Source of the DNA: Octopus vulgaris
Lineage: Eukaryota
Reading direction: 5' to 3'
DNA: 64,000 nucleotides
Assembly (NCBI GenBank): GCA_951406725.2
Contig: OX597820.1
Location: 83,886,001 to 83,950,000, forward strand
Position 1 is the first letter of the stretch, and each line of letters starts with the position of its first letter. The translations under genes and the position numbers were made by a program. The notes beneath the pieces were generated by a model. The model saw only the letters and a program-made list of their open reading frames with translations. It did no database searches and was not told the origin of the DNA. Positions 60,375 to 64,000 of this stretch are shown piece after piece.

Positions 60375-61470
60375 CTTCTTTCTTCAAATTGTCTTCCGTT
60401 TCTCGCCGAGTGTTTTCCGTACACCCTAGGGCAGGGAACTTTATTGTATGCATTCCCAGATTATACACGCAAATTCACAGGTAAAATATGTATTTAGGAA
60501 AAATAAAGAATAAATAAATTCATGAATGGATGTTGTTTTCACAGCGATAATGCTCTTCTCAGTACATGAGCCGTTCCAGTTAACACGATTTGTACTTCCT
60601 GTAGGGATGGTAAGCCTGGTATCAGTACCTTCTTGTTTATCATTCCTAGAGATCCTACAATCACTGATACTATAGTCGCCTGAAGATGCCACATTTTTTT
60701 CAACTTCTATTAGCAAGTATTTATATTTACTCATCTTGTGAAATTCTTCTGCTGCTATATTGTGATCGCAAGGAATACTCATGTCAATTAATAAACACAT
60801 CTTTTTTGTCTGTTCTTTTATGACAATATCCGGTTTATTATCTTTTGTCGATATGTACGGGGAAGTCCCATAGAATCGATACATTTTCTCCCTCAGTCAT
60901 AGCTTCAGGATGGGGTTTATATGATTTGTCACCGGTTTGGATTTTATAATGCCGACATATTGTCCAGTGTAAATACTGGCCGAATCTGCCATGTCTTGCT
61001 TTATATCTGCAGGTGCTAAGACTCAACTCCCTGAGGTTAGGTGGCCTATTGTTTCAATCTCATCGTTACAGAATCGGCATTTTGGGTCAGCTCCATTTTT
61101 TATCACATTGGCTGGGCAGCTCCGGGTTAATAAGCATTGGTCTTGAGCAGCTAATATGAAACCCTCACTCTCTGCTCTTAGATCTGAGCTTCGTAACCAT
61201 TGATGCGTGTTTTTCTGGTCGACATCAGCTTGTTTGCTACGGGCCACATACTTGCCATGCAGAAGTTTCTGTTCCCATCTGCTAGCTAATTTTGCATGCG
61301 CTTTTGTCTTTGGTATCAATTTTATTTTCTTTCCAGCAGCCATCGGCGCATTTCCTTCCGCCTGATCAATCTACTGAGTATCTAAGAGATCAGTAGCGAA
61401 TCTTTTGCTCTCTTTGAGAATAGAATGAAGTTTTGTCGAGTTTTCAGAATAGAGTGAATTTTTTTCGGTC
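60375..61470 (-). mobile_element. 5'-truncated R4/Dong-like retrotransposon with REL domain and 3' end
   Basis: WEQKLLHGKY, AESEGFILAAQDQ, CRFCNDEIETIGHL, RH, NKPDIV..CLLIDMSIP, KY..L; flanked by (TAA)n. Confidence 0.88.
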
Positions 61471-61504
<34 letters not shown>

Positions 61505-61505
<1 letters not shown>

Positions 61506-62013
61506 GAGGGAGAGAGCAGTGCATGCCATCAAAGTGACACGGGGGCAAAATATTCGAAGCCCAGTATACCCATAATGGCCACCCGTCTTACAAAGGCACA
61601 CCAGATGCATGCATCACAACAATATGTGCGCGAAATGGTGATCCAATATCAAGATAAACAGCACCTGACGTTGCAGGTGGGACAGATTTAGAATTTTATC
61701 TTGGTCGAGTAGACCATCCCGCTCAAAAGGTCCCTGAATAAGGATTGTTTAAGGATGTTGAAAGAACCGCCCATGTTTCCAAAGGTTAATTATCCAAATC
61801 TCCAAGAATTCCTTTCAACACACGGCTATGATACTCCCCCGCTACTACTGCTCGTGGTCAGAGATGCACATATCGTCAGCCACTAAGAGACATGGTCAAC
61901 TGGTTAAGGTCAAACAACTAACAAGCAAATCTGTGGTATTGTGGACAATATTTGCTGTAGTCCATCTTTTACACCAAGACAAATTTGCTGTAGCCCATCT
62001 ATTATACCAAGAC
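61505..62013 (-). mobile_element. Copy of the ~510-bp element in (TTA)n
   Basis: Reverse complement of the family sequence; ~30-bp duplication at its 5' end. Confidence 0.82.
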
Positions 62014-62022
62014 AATTATTAC

Positions 62023-62131
<109 letters not shown>

Positions 62132-62598
62132 TGCAATGCCCATATCACACGGATACTTATGCTTCTGAATATCATCATGAATATCATTACCACCATCCAG
62201 TCATCTCCCTTTTACGTACTATTTGATCATTGGAGAAAACATTTACTTATATAATTGACTCGGTTTATATGATGTGTGTGTGTGTGGTGGGAAGTGTAAT
62301 ATGTGAAGTTAGAATGAGATTAGCCTAAAGTTAAAAGAGCGTAATATTTCATGCATTCAAAGCAGGATATTCCTTTATCATCACACAACTGTGGTTTTTT
62401 TGATCTTCCTTAGAATCACTTCAGAGATATATTTTTCTGATTTTTGATACGCAGCCACAATTTAATGTCAACATAGAACATAACTCACATTTTGTGCTCA
62501 CATATACGTGGAGAGATTGTACGTGAAAATATATATATATATAGATATAGATATAGATAGTTAGATAGAGAGATATACATACATACAAACACGCACAC

Positions 62599-62652
<54 letters not shown>

Positions 62653-63379
62653 TGTACGTAAATATGATATATACGAAAAAGGAAGTATTTAGAAATCTAT
62701 GCAGAACAGTTATTAAATCAACTTCACGTGTCGACCTGTGTTCATGAAAAGTTGAAGTATAAATAGCTTCCAAATTGCCAGTGTGTTTGCTATGTGTGTA
62801 GTACGTACAGACTATTGTAAAAATCATAGCATTACACCTCTTTGTCTCTGTCTTCATATTCTTCCCCGTATGGGTGAATATCTATAGAGAGCATAAACAT
62901 ATTTTAACTTTACTACCAGAAACCTTCCTTTCGTTTCATTTCTTTTTCTTATAAATCCTTTCAAATAATGATAAATGACAGTTTGAGATTTGAACTGGTG
63001 TAGCAGGTGTTTTATTAGAAATGTTTACAAGGAACTTTCTCGAAGATCTTTGGAAGAAAGAAGTGCCATAGTGCAAGAAATTATACTAATATTTTGCCAC
63101 AGTTTAGAAAATCTTTGCAGCATACGTGATGGAAAGTAAGAATTTGAAAATCACGAGTTTTTCGAGTTCTTGTCTGCTGTACTTGAAGCTGATACATTCC
63201 AAATGTAATCCATACTCTCAGTTCAGATGATCCGGACCGAACAGTGAATTATTGCGGGTGTTAGTTCATAAAAGCTGTAGAAGGTGCACACTTATCAATA
63301 AAGTTTATTAGGAGCCATGATGCTGCATTCAAATAAAATACGTCTATTAACCAACACAATTGCACTTGCTCGGGACGGG

Positions 63380-63427
<48 letters not shown>

Positions 63428-63624
63428 GAAAAAGAAAATGGTAAATTAGAAGTGAATAATTGTTTCTTATCAACAGAAAATTAATCACCTTTGCTTACAG
63501 CTGTTTCAAGTAATACTTGGAAAATTATCTTCGGAGGGAAAAAATAGGTAAATGTTTGTGTAACACACGCACGATTTTCACTAAGAAAATAAAACTCGGG
63601 TGTTTTGCGTGGAATCATTGCATA

Positions 63625-64000
63625 CTTTTCTTCGTTGAATGAACTCCTATGACCTCCTAATACGCTACAAAATTCCTTTATGCGGTCCGAGAATGGGGTG
63701 GATTGAGGTGGAAGCCTCGAAAATTTCATCCCCCACCCTTATTGATTTTTCCACCAGCACAATTTTCACTAAGGAAAAAAATAGGATTTTTTTCGTTGAA
63801 ACAATTACCATGACCTTCTAATATGCTGCAAATCTCTTATTTTGGTTCGGAAAAATGAGGTGAGGCTTCAGAGGACTCCCATCCCCGAATCATTAGAATT
63901 TTTTTTCGTTGAATGGATTCCTGTGACCTAACACGCTACATGACCTTTTGGTGAGTCCGACAAACTGGTTGGGGTGAGGTGGAAGCCTCGGAAATTTTAT
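63625..64000. repeat. Three diverged direct repeats (tttcgttgaa..tgacc..gaggtg), running off the window
   Basis: Copies start ~63625, ~63787, ~63900. Confidence 0.6.

Noticed and set aside
61830-61885. CTGACGA in the ~510-bp element as a hammerhead core
   Set aside because: Followed by GAAG/GTAG rather than GAAA, with poor stems II and III
63358-63380. aattgcacttg resembling the 5' part of miR-92
   Set aside because: 3' part diverges and no precursor hairpin is evident

Overview
Eukaryotic, AT-rich, microsatellite-dense DNA, almost certainly from an octopod cephalopod (Octopus-type tRNA-derived SINE families recur throughout). No intact host protein-coding gene is visible. Most ORF-track entries are translations of (TA)n, (TAA)n, (ATC)n or (TATG)n repeats. 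Recognisable content: many SINEs; a decayed CR1/L2-group LINE (ORF1+APE+RT, minus strand, ~26.6-29.7 kb); RTE and HERO-like LINE fragments; a nest of R4/Dong-like REL retrotransposon pieces plus a ~510-bp non-coding element, all inserted co-oriented in (TAA)n, partly within a ~2.9-kb tandem duplication; three Tc1/mariner relics; and a non-autonomous Helitron. The most interesting signal is at RNA level. A series of minimal type-I hammerhead ribozyme (HHR) motifs with palindromic stem III (Penelope-like-element style) sits inside long fold-back palindromes embedded in (TA)n tracts (38.7-43.8 kb, 49.1-49.4 kb, 24.6 kb). A separate hammerhead with non-circularly permuted segment order lies in the 3' UTR of the HERO-like element (~47.02-47.07 kb). 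All calls were made by eye; no database search or folding program was run.
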